A stretch of DNA of 64,000 nucleotides, from positions 244,397 through 308,396 of the forward strand of contig DBYK01000001.1 in the NCBI GenBank assembly GCA_002310135.1. The letters are read 5' to 3'. How positions within the stretch are numbered: the first letter of the stretch is position 1; the number at the start of each line of letters is the position of its first letter. Shown here one piece after another: positions 1 through 9,639 of this stretch. The notes under the pieces were generated by a model. The model searched no databases. It worked only from the letters and a program-made list of their open reading frames with translations, and was not told where the DNA came from. The stretch comes from Bacillales bacterium UBA1188. Lineage in GTDB: Bacteria; Bacillota_I; Bacilli_A; Izemoplasmatales; UBA1188. A program made the translations under genes and the position numbers.

Positions 1-62
1 AAAATGATATCTTGAATAAAAAAATCACTAATCAAAAGACTAGTGAAATTCGATATAGTTGT

Positions 63-137
63 TGGCAGGGGCTATAGGATTCGAACCCATACTTGTGGTT
101 TTGGAGACCATCGTGCTGCCATTGACACCAAGCCCCT
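63..137 (-). tRNA. tRNA-Trp (anticodon CCA)
   Basis: The reverse complement folds as a 75-nt cloverleaf. Acceptor AGGGGCT/AGCCCCT, anticodon loop CTCCAAA, T-loop GGGTTCGAATCC, encoded 3' CCA. Confidence 0.9.
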
Positions 138-205
138 AGGCTCTTTCTATTTTATATTTAGAAAGAGGATTTATCAAGTATTTTTTTATTTGTATATTTT
201 TATGT

Positions 206-1777
206 TTATTCTATAATAGATTCTTCCCAAGTTTTTGGAGAATCAAGTCCCATCATTTTAAGAATTGTTGGGGCAACATTCGCAAGACCGAATGCTTTAT
301 TCTTAATCACATATTTATTATCGTCATCAACTATGATGAATGGTACTGGATTAAGTGAATGAGCGGTTCTAACTTGAATTTCACCTTTTTTATTCTTTTC
401 AAGCATCTCATCTGCATTTCCATGGTCAGCTGTAACTATCATAATGTAGCCTTCTTCTTTAGCGACTTTTAAGAGTCTTCCTATTCCTAAATCTACTGCT
501 TCCATAGCGCAGATTGTCGCATCGAGTGAACCAGTATGACCTACCATATCACCATTAGGATAGTTTAGTCTAATAAAGCCATACTTGTGTGATTTTAAGG
601 CATTTATTACTTCATCAGTTATTTCAGCTGATTTCATCCAAGGTCTCTCATCAAAAGAAACTTTATCTGAATCAATTTCTTTATAAGTTTCAAGTTCTTC
701 AGATACTTTACCACTTCTATTTCCATTCCAGAAATATGTGACATGTCCATATTTTTGAGTTTCACTAATCGCAAATTCATTTATTTTAGCTTTAACTAAA
801 ACTTCAGTTAAAGTGTCTTTTATTTCTGGAGGATTAACTAAGAATCTTTTTGGGAGTTTTAAATCTCCATCGTATTGAAGCAGTCCTGCATAGCATACTT
901 TAGGATAATAAATTCTATCAAATTTATCGAAATCTTGATAATCGAATGCCATAGATATTTCAATAGCTCTATCACCTCTAAAATTGAATAATATCACTGA
1001 ATCATTATCAATAATTTTTCCAACTGGTTCGCTGTCTTTTTCTATTACAAATGCTGGAAGATCTTGATCTATACAGTTATATGTTTTTCTGTAATCTTCT
1101 ATAGCTTCTTTAGCGCATCTATAGCCTTTTGCATCACCTAAGACATGAGCGTGCCAACCAGCCTCAACCATCTTCCAATCAGCTTGGTAGCGGTCCATTG
1201 TGATCTTCATTCTTCCACCACCTGATGCGATACACACATCAAATGAAGATGATGATAATTCTTCTATGTAGTCTTCTAATTCTTTTACATATATTAAAGC
1301 GCTTGTTGCGGGAACATCTCTTCCATCAAGGAGTATATGAATTCTAACACGCTTAACTCCATCTTCTTTAGCTCTTTTAATCATCTTGAATAAATGTGAT
1401 ATGTTTGAATGAACATTACCATCTGAGAGTAGACCTAAAAAATGAAGTGTAGAGTTATTATCTTTTACATTTTTAATTACTTCATTCCAAGCAGGTGAAT
1501 TAAACATTTTAGCGCTTTCTATAGATTCATTCACAAGTTTTGCGCCTTGTGAATAGATCTGTCCACAACCAAGAGCGTTATGCCCTACTTCACTATTTCC
1601 CATATCATCATCGCTTGGAAGTCCTACTGCATCACCATGAGCTTTAAGACGAGTATTTGGATAATTTTTAAGTAGATAATCTAAATTTGGAGTATTCGCA
1701 AGTGTAACCGCATCACCAAGTCCAGTTTTACTAAATCCAACACCATCCATGATTACTAAAAGTATAGGTTTTTTCAT
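206..1777 (-). CDS. gpmI: 2,3-bisphosphoglycerate-independent phosphoglycerate mutase
   Basis: 523-aa ORF. It has the MKKPILLVIMDGVG N-terminus and the DMGNSEVGHNALG and VTADHGNADEM metal-site blocks typical of iPGM. AAAGGAG RBS upstream. Confidence 0.93.
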   Translation of the reverse strand: MKKPILLVIMDGVGFSKTGLGDAVTLANTPNLDYLLKNYPNTRLKAHGDAVGLPSDDDMGNSEVGHNALGCGQIYSQGAKLVNESIESAKMFNSPAWNEVIKNVKDNNSTLHFLGLLSDGNVHSNISHLFKMIKRAKEDGVKRVRIHILLDGRDVPATSALIYVKELEDYIEELSSSSFDVCIASGGGRMKITMDRYQADWKMVEAGWHAHVLGDAKGYRCAKEAIEDYRKTYNCIDQDLPAFVIEKDSEPVGKIIDNDSVILFNFRGDRAIEISMAFDYQDFDKFDRIYYPKVCYAGLLQYDGDLKLPKRFLVNPPEIKDTLTEVLVKAKINEFAISETQKYGHVTYFWNGNRSGKVSEELETYKEIDSDKVSFDERPWMKSAEITDEVINALKSHKYGFIRLNYPNGDMVGHTGSLDATICAMEAVDLGIGRLLKVAKEEGYIMIVTADHGNADEMLEKNKKGEIQVRTAHSLNPVPFIIVDDDNKYVIKNKAFGLANVAPTILKMMGLDSPKTWEESIIE

Positions 1778-1877
1778 ATTCTTTCTCCTTTAATACCTTA
1801 GATATTATACAACAACTCTATTCAATTTAGAAATAATATGATAAAAAAATAGAAGAAATCTTCTATTTTCTTAAATT

Positions 1878-3803
1878 CTATATTGAGTTATAAATCTTAT
1901 TAAATAATTCTTTCGCATATCTTATAGATCTTGCGCTGGATAGTTTAAGTTGTGATGGAGTAGTTTCATATGCTTTCTTACTAGATACATCTTTGAGATA
2001 ATATTTTATATTATCTAAATCATTTGCGTCTGTCGCAAAGAAAGCTTTAACTTTTCCTCTTGTGATCATTATTTTTGCGATAGTTTTATTTTTATATGAA
2101 TAAGATACATATTTCTTTGTGATAGTCTCTTTTACCCCAGGATTAGATTTAAAAGCGATTGAAAGCTCATTGGCTTTCTTCTTTTCATATACTTCAAGTT
2201 CTAGATATTTTTCTGCGTATGTCATATTAGAAAATGCGCTATATCTATCAAGTAAATCTAGGTCATCATCATCTTCATCTATAGCCTCTTTTATTGGGGC
2301 AACCTCTTTTTCTTTAGGCTCTTCTTCTTGATGCGCCTCTTCAATAATTTCTTCAGCTTTTTCTTCTTCTATAGGTTCTTCTTCTATAGGTTCTTCTAAA
2401 GACTTAGGGTTTTCTATAGATTCAAGAGTAGGAAGAGGTCTACTAAAGAGTGATGAATATTCACTTAAATCATCTTCTCTTATTTCATCGATTGGCTCAT
2501 CTTCGTCCGCTTTAATTTCTTTTATTAATCCTTTTTCTAATAATTCTATATCTTCCATATAAGGAATATAGTAATCTTGAGAAATATATTCTTCAATTTT
2601 ATCTAGTTCTTGAATTTGAGATAATAAATCTATTAGTTCTTCCGCCATTTGGAATCTTCTTGGATTCTTAATCTTGATTAAAAGTGGAGTGTCTTCATAT
2701 TTCTTTGAATCCACTAATTCATAATTAATCTTTTTATCTATTATGTCTTCTTCAGTTAAATTGAAGTAAACATATAATGTTTTACCTTTTATTCCAAATC
2801 TTAATAATTTAGTTCTCCCTTTATTAATAGTCTCAAAACTAAACGATATTCTTTCACTCACATTTTTATATGACATTACTTTATTCTTTAGAGTTGAATA
2901 ATCTTTTTTAAGTTCATCTTTGGCTTGAGATAATTTAGCCATGAATGATCTTTTATATGTTTTAGTATCTTCATCTTTTAAAGTTTCATCTTCTAATATG
3001 ATTATTTTTGTTTTTTCTTCTTCGCTTTCTTTCTTTTCTACTTTAGTAGATACAAATTCATTTAATGAATCATAATTATCTTCTTTATTATTAGATTCAA
3101 TATATGATAAATATTCATTAAAGACTAATGATTCTTTTTCATTAAGAGTAGAATCTACTACTTTAGTTTCTTTATTATTCATCATCAATTTAAATATTTT
3201 AGTTATTAATATTAATACAAAAACATCTATAACAACCACTATAACCATTAGTGTAATTGATGAATAATTGAGAATAGTCAGCCTTGATGCATTAAATGAA
3301 ATATTCGAAAGTGAGAATGTATAAATTAAAATTAAGGCAGTAGTTAAAGCGACTAAGGCGATAGTTGAAACTAAAGATGTATTATATGAATTTATATCTT
3401 TATCTTTCTTAAGGTTCAAAGAATTGAAATAACCTATTAATTTAACTAAAAAAGCCATAAATAAATAAAACATTGAATGAAGAAGATACCCATCACTAAG
3501 TTCAATAAATGTTCCATAATTATGATTTTTAAGAGGAATAAAGAACAAGAATAAAAAATATGAAGAAACTAAAGATGAAGTGATTAAAACAATCACGCTT
3601 CTTTCCCTAGAATTATTATTTTTTATATTCTTTCTTCTCTTAGAGAAAAATAAAGCGATAGTAAAGAGCACAATTACTGGAATAACTGCGAATTTAATGA
3701 TAACTTCTATAAAAGATAGTTTATCAGGTGAGAAAGGTATTATAATAAGCCCCATTAATATCAATGAAATAATTATAAAAATGTTTGTATAATCCTTTTT
3801 CAT
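1878..3803 (-). CDS. Large polytopic membrane protein of unknown function with an acidic linker and a duplicated C-terminal module
   Basis: The ORF track gives 1878-3842; I start it at ATG 3803 because AAGGAG lies about 5 nt upstream. The first ~215 aa contain several hydrophobic helices. An EEPIEEEPIEEE acidic stretch follows, then two mutually similar ~110-aa modules. I recognise no family. Confidence 0.6.
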   Translation of the reverse strand: MKKDYTNIFIIISLILMGLIIIPFSPDKLSFIEVIIKFAVIPVIVLFTIALFFSKRRKNIKNNNSRERSVIVLITSSLVSSYFLFLFFIPLKNHNYGTFIELSDGYLLHSMFYLFMAFLVKLIGYFNSLNLKKDKDINSYNTSLVSTIALVALTTALILIYTFSLSNISFNASRLTILNYSSITLMVIVVVIDVFVLILITKIFKLMMNNKETKVVDSTLNEKESLVFNEYLSYIESNNKEDNYDSLNEFVSTKVEKKESEEEKTKIIILEDETLKDEDTKTYKRSFMAKLSQAKDELKKDYSTLKNKVMSYKNVSERISFSFETINKGRTKLLRFGIKGKTLYVYFNLTEEDIIDKKINYELVDSKKYEDTPLLIKIKNPRRFQMAEELIDLLSQIQELDKIEEYISQDYYIPYMEDIELLEKGLIKEIKADEDEPIDEIREDDLSEYSSLFSRPLPTLESIENPKSLEEPIEEEPIEEEKAEEIIEEAHQEEEPKEKEVAPIKEAIDEDDDDLDLLDRYSAFSNMTYAEKYLELEVYEKKKANELSIAFKSNPGVKETITKKYVSYSYKNKTIAKIMITRGKVKAFFATDANDLDNIKYYLKDVSSKKAYETTPSQLKLSSARSIRYAKELFNKIYNSI

Positions 3804-3857
3804 ATAAGCTCCTTCATAATATATAATATATATAATATTCATATTATTATAACATAA

Positions 3858-4697
3858 TTAATCAAATCTTTTTATATAGCCACAAGTTTTGCATAAGTCA
3901 TTTGGAAGAATGTGGTTTGAGAATAAATCATAGAATTCTTTTACCTTTAGGGAATTTAAAATATCATCTAATTCTTCTTTAAATATATTACCTAGTGAAA
4001 CTATCCCATCAGCATCAAGACAACATGGAACAACTTCTCCATTAGATAATATTCCTATTTGATCTCTTAGAGCGTAGCAAAACCCAGTCTTTCTCATTTT
4101 ATCTTTATTAATATCTGGCCAATCAAATAGGTCGCCATACTCTAAATAAATATTATCTTTTAATTTATATCCAGTTCTTCCCTTAATAAAATCTGAGTCA
4201 AATTCTTCCTTTAAATAAGAAAATACTTCATCATTAAAATCTTTATATAAAGAGTCTTCTCTAATATTCCAAAGCCTAAGTGATACAAGTACTTTATTAT
4301 CACTTAAATATTTACTCATAACGATAATTTTATGAATATAATCTTTAAGGCTCATATCCATATTATTCCAACTATAAGAATGAAGTGAAATATTTATTTT
4401 ATAAATATACTTAGCTAAATCTTTATAATATAAAGGAAGAAGAGTCCCATTAGTTGTGATAATATTTTTAAAATTATAAGAAGAAGAAATCTTTAAAAAA
4501 TCAATAATATTTATATGAAGCAAAGGTTCACCCATAAGATGAAAAAATAGGTAATCGCATCTACCTTTAATTTTTTCCATTATTATCTTAAATTCATCTA
4601 AAGATAAAGATCTTTTTTCTCTTTTTGTCCCATGACAAAACTTACAAGATAAATTACAGATATTTGTGATTTCAAGATATATTTTTTTAAATCTCAC
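3858..4697 (-). CDS. Radical SAM / SPASM-domain protein
   Basis: CNLSCKFC (CxxxCxxC) sits near the N-terminus, and the C-terminus has a Cys-rich CCLDADG...CKTCGY block. I place the start at GTG 4697, preceded by AGAGGAG. The longer ORF-track N-terminus (to 4766) runs through the aldH terminator hairpin. Confidence 0.8.
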   Translation of the reverse strand: MRFKKIYLEITNICNLSCKFCHGTKREKRSLSLDEFKIIMEKIKGRCDYLFFHLMGEPLLHINIIDFLKISSSYNFKNIITTNGTLLPLYYKDLAKYIYKINISLHSYSWNNMDMSLKDYIHKIIVMSKYLSDNKVLVSLRLWNIREDSLYKDFNDEVFSYLKEEFDSDFIKGRTGYKLKDNIYLEYGDLFDWPDINKDKMRKTGFCYALRDQIGILSNGEVVPCCLDADGIVSLGNIFKEELDDILNSLKVKEFYDLFSNHILPNDLCKTCGYIKRFD

Positions 4698-4741
4698 ATT
4701 TACTCCTCTATATCTAAATAATAACACACTTAAAGATAATA

Positions 4742-4775
4742 AAAAAGAATCCTTGAGGAGTTTCAAGGATTCTTT
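4742..4775 (-). terminator. Rho-independent terminator after the aldehyde dehydrogenase gene
   Basis: Perfect 12-bp inverted repeat AAGAATCCTTGA / TCAAGGATTCTT with a 6-nt loop. A T-run follows on the minus strand, 9 nt after the stop at 4784. Confidence 0.75.
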
Positions 4776-4783
4776 AAGTAATA

Positions 4784-6205
4784 TTATTTCATGAATGATT
4801 TGAGTAAACTCTTCTTCTTCATTCCGAAGAATTTCTTATCATAAGGGTGTTCTCTTAAAGGTAAGTTCATATGAGTTTTACCAAATAAAACTGTAGATGG
4901 GTGAGTGAATTCTCTAAATCCCCATTCTCCATGATACGCACCCATTCCTGAGTGGCCTGTACCATTGAATGGAACACCTTTAACCATCAAGTGGAGACAT
5001 ACTTCATTGATACATCCACCACCGTATTGTTGAACTTGCATTTCTTTCTTTGCCCACTTCAAATCTTTAGTGAATAAATAGAGCGCAAGACCATGTTCTC
5101 TATCTCTAATTGTATCCATAAGTTCATTGATTTCGCTATCTTTATATGGAACAACTGGGAGTAGTGGACAGAATAGTTCATGGAGAACTATCTTCTCATC
5201 AATCTTAACTGGATAGATTACAGTTGTTGAATATTTTTGTGTTTCTATATCTCCTTCACCACCAAATACTATTCTATCTTTGTATTCTAATGCTTCTTCA
5301 CTACACCATTCATAAGCTTTTCTTGAGATTAGTTTTGGATATTCAGGATTTAAGAATGGACGTTCACCGATTTGACTTACTATTGCCTTCTTTAATTCTT
5401 CGATGAATTCATCTGCGACTTCTTCCGCAACCGCAACTTGGTTGATGTTTATACAAATTTGGCCAGAGTTACAAATCTTGAAGAACGCAATCTTTCTTGC
5501 GGCATCTTTGATATCTGCGTCTTTCCTTATTACACACCAGTTACCTGTCTCACCACCGAGTTCAAGTGCGACTGGAGTTAAGTTCTTACTTGCGCATTCC
5601 ATTACGTGTTTTGCGACATTTGGTGAACCAGTATAGAAAATTTTGTCTACTCTTTCATTGAGACAGAAGTCTGCGACATCGTGTCCACCATCGATTACTG
5701 TGATGTATTCTTCACTAAATGTTTCCGCAATCATCTCTTTTAATGCTTGTGTAGTGTGAGCTGATTTACTGCTTGTCTTGACAACGCAAGTATTGCCTCC
5801 AGAGATTGCGGCCGCAACTACACCCATAGATAAGAGTACAGGGAAGTTAAATGGACTTATAATTAGTGAAACACCATATGGCATCTTATATACCTTAGTT
5901 TTAGTACTAGGGAAGCATAATAAGCCACTCATGTGTGTTTCAGGTCTAGCCCACCTCTTTAGATCATGGATGCATTCATTTATTTCCATGATGACATCAC
6001 CTATATCTAGAATATAGGCTTCTGTGTCACATCTTCCAAGATCTTGGAAGAGTGCTTCTTGAATTTTTTCAGTATTATCAATTAATGCTTGTTTAAGTTT
6101 TTTGAGTTGTTCTTTTCTCCAATTAACATCAAGTGTAGTACCAGTTTTGAAAAATTCTCTTTGTTTTAAAACAATATTATGGATATCTTCTTGTGTATAT
6201 CCCAT
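4784..6205 (-). CDS. NAD(P)-dependent aldehyde dehydrogenase (class-3-like)
   Basis: 473 aa. ALDH-family blocks are present: FTGSPNVAKHV-type (YTGSPNVAKHVM), ELGGE and a catalytic-Cys region NSGQIC. GGAGGT RBS. Confidence 0.85.
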   Translation of the reverse strand: MGYTQEDIHNIVLKQREFFKTGTTLDVNWRKEQLKKLKQALIDNTEKIQEALFQDLGRCDTEAYILDIGDVIMEINECIHDLKRWARPETHMSGLLCFPSTKTKVYKMPYGVSLIISPFNFPVLLSMGVVAAAISGGNTCVVKTSSKSAHTTQALKEMIAETFSEEYITVIDGGHDVADFCLNERVDKIFYTGSPNVAKHVMECASKNLTPVALELGGETGNWCVIRKDADIKDAARKIAFFKICNSGQICININQVAVAEEVADEFIEELKKAIVSQIGERPFLNPEYPKLISRKAYEWCSEEALEYKDRIVFGGEGDIETQKYSTTVIYPVKIDEKIVLHELFCPLLPVVPYKDSEINELMDTIRDREHGLALYLFTKDLKWAKKEMQVQQYGGGCINEVCLHLMVKGVPFNGTGHSGMGAYHGEWGFREFTHPSTVLFGKTHMNLPLREHPYDKKFFGMKKKSLLKSFMK

Positions 6206-6387
6206 TTTTACCTCCTATTAAATTGAATGATTTTTCTAATATAATATTATACCAATCTTTATGAATTATTTCAATTCTATATTTTTAGGAGTTAAATTTA
6301 GGACATTTTATCTGATTCAAACTATTATTATATATTCAATAAAAAAATGTAATTTTTTAAAAACCTATATAAAGTTTTTGATTCTTG

Positions 6388-6396
6388 TGGTATAAA
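6388..6396 (+). promoter_or_regulatory. Candidate extended -10 promoter element for the thr operon
   Basis: TGgTATAAA lies 22 nt upstream of the thrC ATG. No convincing -35 was found. Confidence 0.3.
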
Positions 6397-6417
6397 TTAT
6401 TATTAAAGGATATAGCG

Positions 6418-7731
6418 ATGAAGCTTCACTCAACTAGATCAGATGATTATATCAGTCTAAAAGATGCAATAAATAAAGGTATCGCAAAAGATGGCGGTCT
6501 TTTTATTTTTGATGATTTTAAAAAAGTGGATATTGAAAAGATATTAGAACTTAATTATCACGATATGACTCTATATATATTAAATCTATTATTTGATGAT
6601 TTTGATTTTGAATCTAAGATAGAATCATATCCATCTTTTAAAATTGAACTTAAGTCATTTAAGAATTATTCATATCTTGAACTTTTTCATGGGCCAACTT
6701 TATCTTTTAAAGATGTGGCCTTAACTTTTCTTCCAAGACTAACAAGCGCCTCTCATATATTTGTCGCAACGAGTGGAGATACAGGAAGCGCAACTTTATC
6801 AGGATTTAAAGATAAAGAAGATTGTGATGTTACAATCCTTTATCCAAATAACCTAATTAGCGAAGCTCAAGAGAAACAAATGTTATATTTTAATGATGAT
6901 AAAAATAAAGCTTTTGCGTTTAAAGGTGATTTTGATGATTGTCAAAGAGTTGTAAAAGAATTATCTACTTCTAACTCTAATTTATCTAGCGCAAATTCAA
7001 TTAACATTGGAAGATTATTTCCTCAAATAATGTATTATTTTTATTCATATAAAACATTAATTAACGATAAAATAATCAAAAATGGTGATTATATTAATTT
7101 TGTAGTACCTACTGGTAATTTTGGAAATATTTTATCTGGATATATCGCAAAATTAATGGGGTTAAATATTAATAAATTAATTTGTGCATCTAATGAAAAT
7201 AAAGTATTATATGATTTCATCAATACTGGAATATATGATAAGAATAGAGAATTTATTAAAACTTATTCTCCTTCTATGGATATTTTAGTATCTTCAAATA
7301 TGGAAAGATTATTATATCTTTTCTATAAAGATACAAATAAGATAAAAGAAATATATTCAGTTTTCAATAAAACTGGAAGAGTAGAAATTAAAGAATATAA
7401 AGAATTATTTAAAGATTTTGAAGCTTTTTATGTTTCAAATTCTGAAGTATTAAAAATCATCAAAGATGAATATATTGAAAATGGTTATGTAATAGACCCT
7501 CATACAGCGGTCGCGAAGGGTGCATATCTTAAATATAATAACTCTAGTCATTATACAGTTATTGTCTCTACTGCATCTCCTTATAAATTTATTGATACAA
7601 TTAAAAAGGCAGGAGTAGAAATAAATATGGAAGATGCACCAGATTCTCTTAAGGTTATGCTTAAGACAAAGAATAAAAAGATTATAATGGATGAGAAAGG
7701 AATAAAGGATTATATAAGTGGAAAGAATTAA
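6418..7731 (+). CDS. thrC: Threonine synthase
   Basis: The FHGPTLSFKDVAL PLP-lysine block and overall length fit ThrC. ATG 6418 has AAAGGA 7 nt upstream. The TTG at 6385 in the ORF track has no RBS. Confidence 0.9.
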   Translation: MKLHSTRSDDYISLKDAINKGIAKDGGLFIFDDFKKVDIEKILELNYHDMTLYILNLLFDDFDFESKIESYPSFKIELKSFKNYSYLELFHGPTLSFKDVALTFLPRLTSASHIFVATSGDTGSATLSGFKDKEDCDVTILYPNNLISEAQEKQMLYFNDDKNKAFAFKGDFDDCQRVVKELSTSNSNLSSANSINIGRLFPQIMYYFYSYKTLINDKIIKNGDYINFVVPTGNFGNILSGYIAKLMGLNINKLICASNENKVLYDFINTGIYDKNREFIKTYSPSMDILVSSNMERLLYLFYKDTNKIKEIYSVFNKTGRVEIKEYKELFKDFEAFYVSNSEVLKIIKDEYIENGYVIDPHTAVAKGAYLKYNNSSHYTVIVSTASPYKFIDTIKKAGVEINMEDAPDSLKVMLKTKNKKIIMDEKGIKDYISGKN

Positions 7732-8590
7732 AATATCTGTGCCAGCTTCAACTTCAAATCTAGGACCTGGGTTTGATTATCTTGGGATGTCGCTAAATCT
7801 ATATAATGAATTTATATTCACAAGAAGTGAAAAGATAGAACTTCTTGGTTTTTCTAACTTAAAAAATAATTTAGTACTGGAATCATATCTTCATTTATTT
7901 AAAAAGTTAAATAAAGAAGTTATTCCAGTTAAGATAGAGTGGACTAAAAAAGATATCCCAACATCTAGAGGTCTTGGGAGTAGCGCAAGTGCGATTATTG
8001 CGGGGGTTTTAGCTTCATCATATTTTATTAATCATACTACTTCTATTAGTGATTATTTAATTAATGAGATGATTGAACTTGAAGGTCATAGAGATAATTT
8101 AATCGCTGAACTATATGGTTCTCTTGTATCATCTATTATTGATGATGGGAAGTGTATAGTGTATCACCACATAGTTAATCCTAAATTAAAGTTTTTAGTA
8201 TTAATCCCTAAATATGAAGTATCAACTAAAATGGCGAGAGAGGCTTTACCTAAGACTCTTTCTTATAGCGATCTAACATTTAATGCATCAAGAGCGCTAA
8301 ACCTTGTTCAAGCATTTAAGGTGGGTTCAATTGAAGATTTGAAAATAGTTTTAAAAGATAATATTCATGAAAAATATAGAAAAGAATTTATTAAAGAATA
8401 TGATTCTGCATTAAATATCGCATCTAAATATAACGCTATTTTAAAGATTAGTGGTAGTGGTAGTTCTATGTTAGTTATTACTACTTCTATTTCTGGCTTA
8501 AAAGATGAACTTTCATCTTTAGATTTAGATGTAATAGAAGTAAATACATCAAAAGATGTATCTACTCACCTTGAGGTATTAGATAAATGA
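7718..8590 (+). CDS. thrB: Homoserine kinase
   Basis: GHMP-kinase motifs PASTSNLGPGFD and SRGLGSSASA. It overlaps the thrC stop, which suggests translational coupling. Confidence 0.92.
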   Translation: MERIKISVPASTSNLGPGFDYLGMSLNLYNEFIFTRSEKIELLGFSNLKNNLVLESYLHLFKKLNKEVIPVKIEWTKKDIPTSRGLGSSASAIIAGVLASSYFINHTTSISDYLINEMIELEGHRDNLIAELYGSLVSSIIDDGKCIVYHHIVNPKLKFLVLIPKYEVSTKMAREALPKTLSYSDLTFNASRALNLVQAFKVGSIEDLKIVLKDNIHEKYRKEFIKEYDSALNIASKYNAILKISGSGSSMLVITTSISGLKDELSSLDLDVIEVNTSKDVSTHLEVLDK

Positions 8591-9639
8591 AAATAGGGTT
8601 ATTAGGATATGGAACAATAGGTTCTTCTGTATATGAACTTTTAAAAAATGAAATTGTGATGGTATTTGATATAGAAGAAAAAAGACATCTTATTAAAGAT
8701 GCCATCTTTACATCTTCCGCATATGATATAGTATCATCCCCTTTAATTGATACAGTGATAGAGTGCCTTGGTGGAGACAGTCTCCCATATGAACTAATCA
8801 AAACTTCTTTATTAAATGGGAAAAATGTCATCACTTCAAATAAAGAAGTTGTATCTAATCATTTACCTGAATTTATTAATTTATCTAAAGAAAATAATGT
8901 ATCTTTCTTCTTTGAGGCATCAGTTGGTGGAGGAGTCCCAATAATTAATAATTTAATTGATTTGGTGAATGTTGATGGGGTTAATCATATTTATGGAATT
9001 ATTAATGGAACGACCAATTATATCTTAACTAAAATAAGTGAAGGCTTATCATTTGATGAAGCTTTAGATCTAGCCATGAAAAATGGTTTTGCTGAAAGAG
9101 ATCCAAGTGCTGATTTAGAAGGATTAGATTTAAGAAGAAAGATTTCAATCCTTTCAAGTATAGCTTATAAAAGCTATATTAAAGATGAAGATATTAAAAC
9201 TACTCCTATGACTTTTATAAATAAAGATTTGATGGCTAAAGTCAAATCTCTTGGTTATAGTATCAAATATATTGCTGAATCTATTAAAAGTGGTAATGAG
9301 ATCAAAATAGTTGTTGAACCAGTATTATTTAAATCTATCGATTTAATTAGTAATGTGAATGATGAATTCAATATGATTATTATTAATACTCTAAATAATG
9401 GATTATTATCATTTTATGGAAAGGGGGCAGGAAAATATCCTACCGCATCTAGTATAGTTCAAGATTTAGAAAGAATTAAAAAAGGAATCAAACAAAATAT
9501 CATTTTAAATGATAATCTAATTATTAAAAATGATACAAAATCTTTATATCTAAGATATAAAGATGGAGAAATAAATTTTACTAGTAAGTTTAGCGATGAC
9601 GCTATTTATTTAAGGGTTGGGCCATATGAAGAAATATAA
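8587..9639 (+). CDS. hom: Homoserine dehydrogenase (short form, no obvious ACT domain)
   Basis: MKIGLLGYGTIGSSV Rossmann N-terminus, and NGTTNYIL and DPSADLEGLD blocks. ATGA overlap with thrB. Confidence 0.88.
   Translation: MKIGLLGYGTIGSSVYELLKNEIVMVFDIEEKRHLIKDAIFTSSAYDIVSSPLIDTVIECLGGDSLPYELIKTSLLNGKNVITSNKEVVSNHLPEFINLSKENNVSFFFEASVGGGVPIINNLIDLVNVDGVNHIYGIINGTTNYILTKISEGLSFDEALDLAMKNGFAERDPSADLEGLDLRRKISILSSIAYKSYIKDEDIKTTPMTFINKDLMAKVKSLGYSIKYIAESIKSGNEIKIVVEPVLFKSIDLISNVNDEFNMIIINTLNNGLLSFYGKGAGKYPTASSIVQDLERIKKGIKQNIILNDNLIIKNDTKSLYLRYKDGEINFTSKFSDDAIYLRVGPYEEI

Noticed and set aside
63-137. Possibility of a Mollicutes-type genetic code (UGA = Trp), given the very low GC content.
   Set aside because: The only tRNA-Trp seen has anticodon CCA. 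Well-supported genes terminate at TGA at the length expected for their families (e.g. the GT4 gene ending at 33162). No conserved gene needs read-through of TGA.
141-167. A 9-bp hairpin CTCTTTCTA/TAGAAAGAG between gpmI and tRNA-Trp, considered as a terminator.
   Set aside because: No U-tract follows it on the minus strand, because the tRNA begins almost immediately. It could be a processing structure or chance. The evidence is not enough to call a terminator.
2119-2331. Many 60-155-aa ORFs lie antisense inside strongly supported genes. Examples: 2119-2331, 3580-3792, 5224-6017, 8562-8834, 11368-11835, 29032-29358, 31292-31993, 36061-36277, 39142-39883, 55113-55439.
   Set aside because: Each is fully embedded opposite a CDS with clear family motifs. 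They are low-complexity (Ser/Leu/Ile/Phe-rich), lack RBS signals, and are expected by chance in AT-rich DNA with few stop codons on the mirror frame.
2330-2420. The EEPIEEEPIEEE-coding repeat, considered as a tandem DNA repeat or contingency locus.
   Set aside because: Only two imperfect units are present. It looks like an acidic low-complexity linker rather than a variable-number repeat.
6385-6417. N-terminal extensions suggested by the ORF track. Examples: thrC from TTG 6385, pckA from 15041, mtnN from 13411, the rSAM gene from 4766, the GntR gene from 57274, the ATPase from 60357.
   Set aside because: In each case a downstream ATG or GTG has a proper Shine-Dalgarno sequence at 5-9 nt and matches the usual family N-terminus. 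The extension either lacks an RBS or overlaps a terminator or a neighbouring gene.
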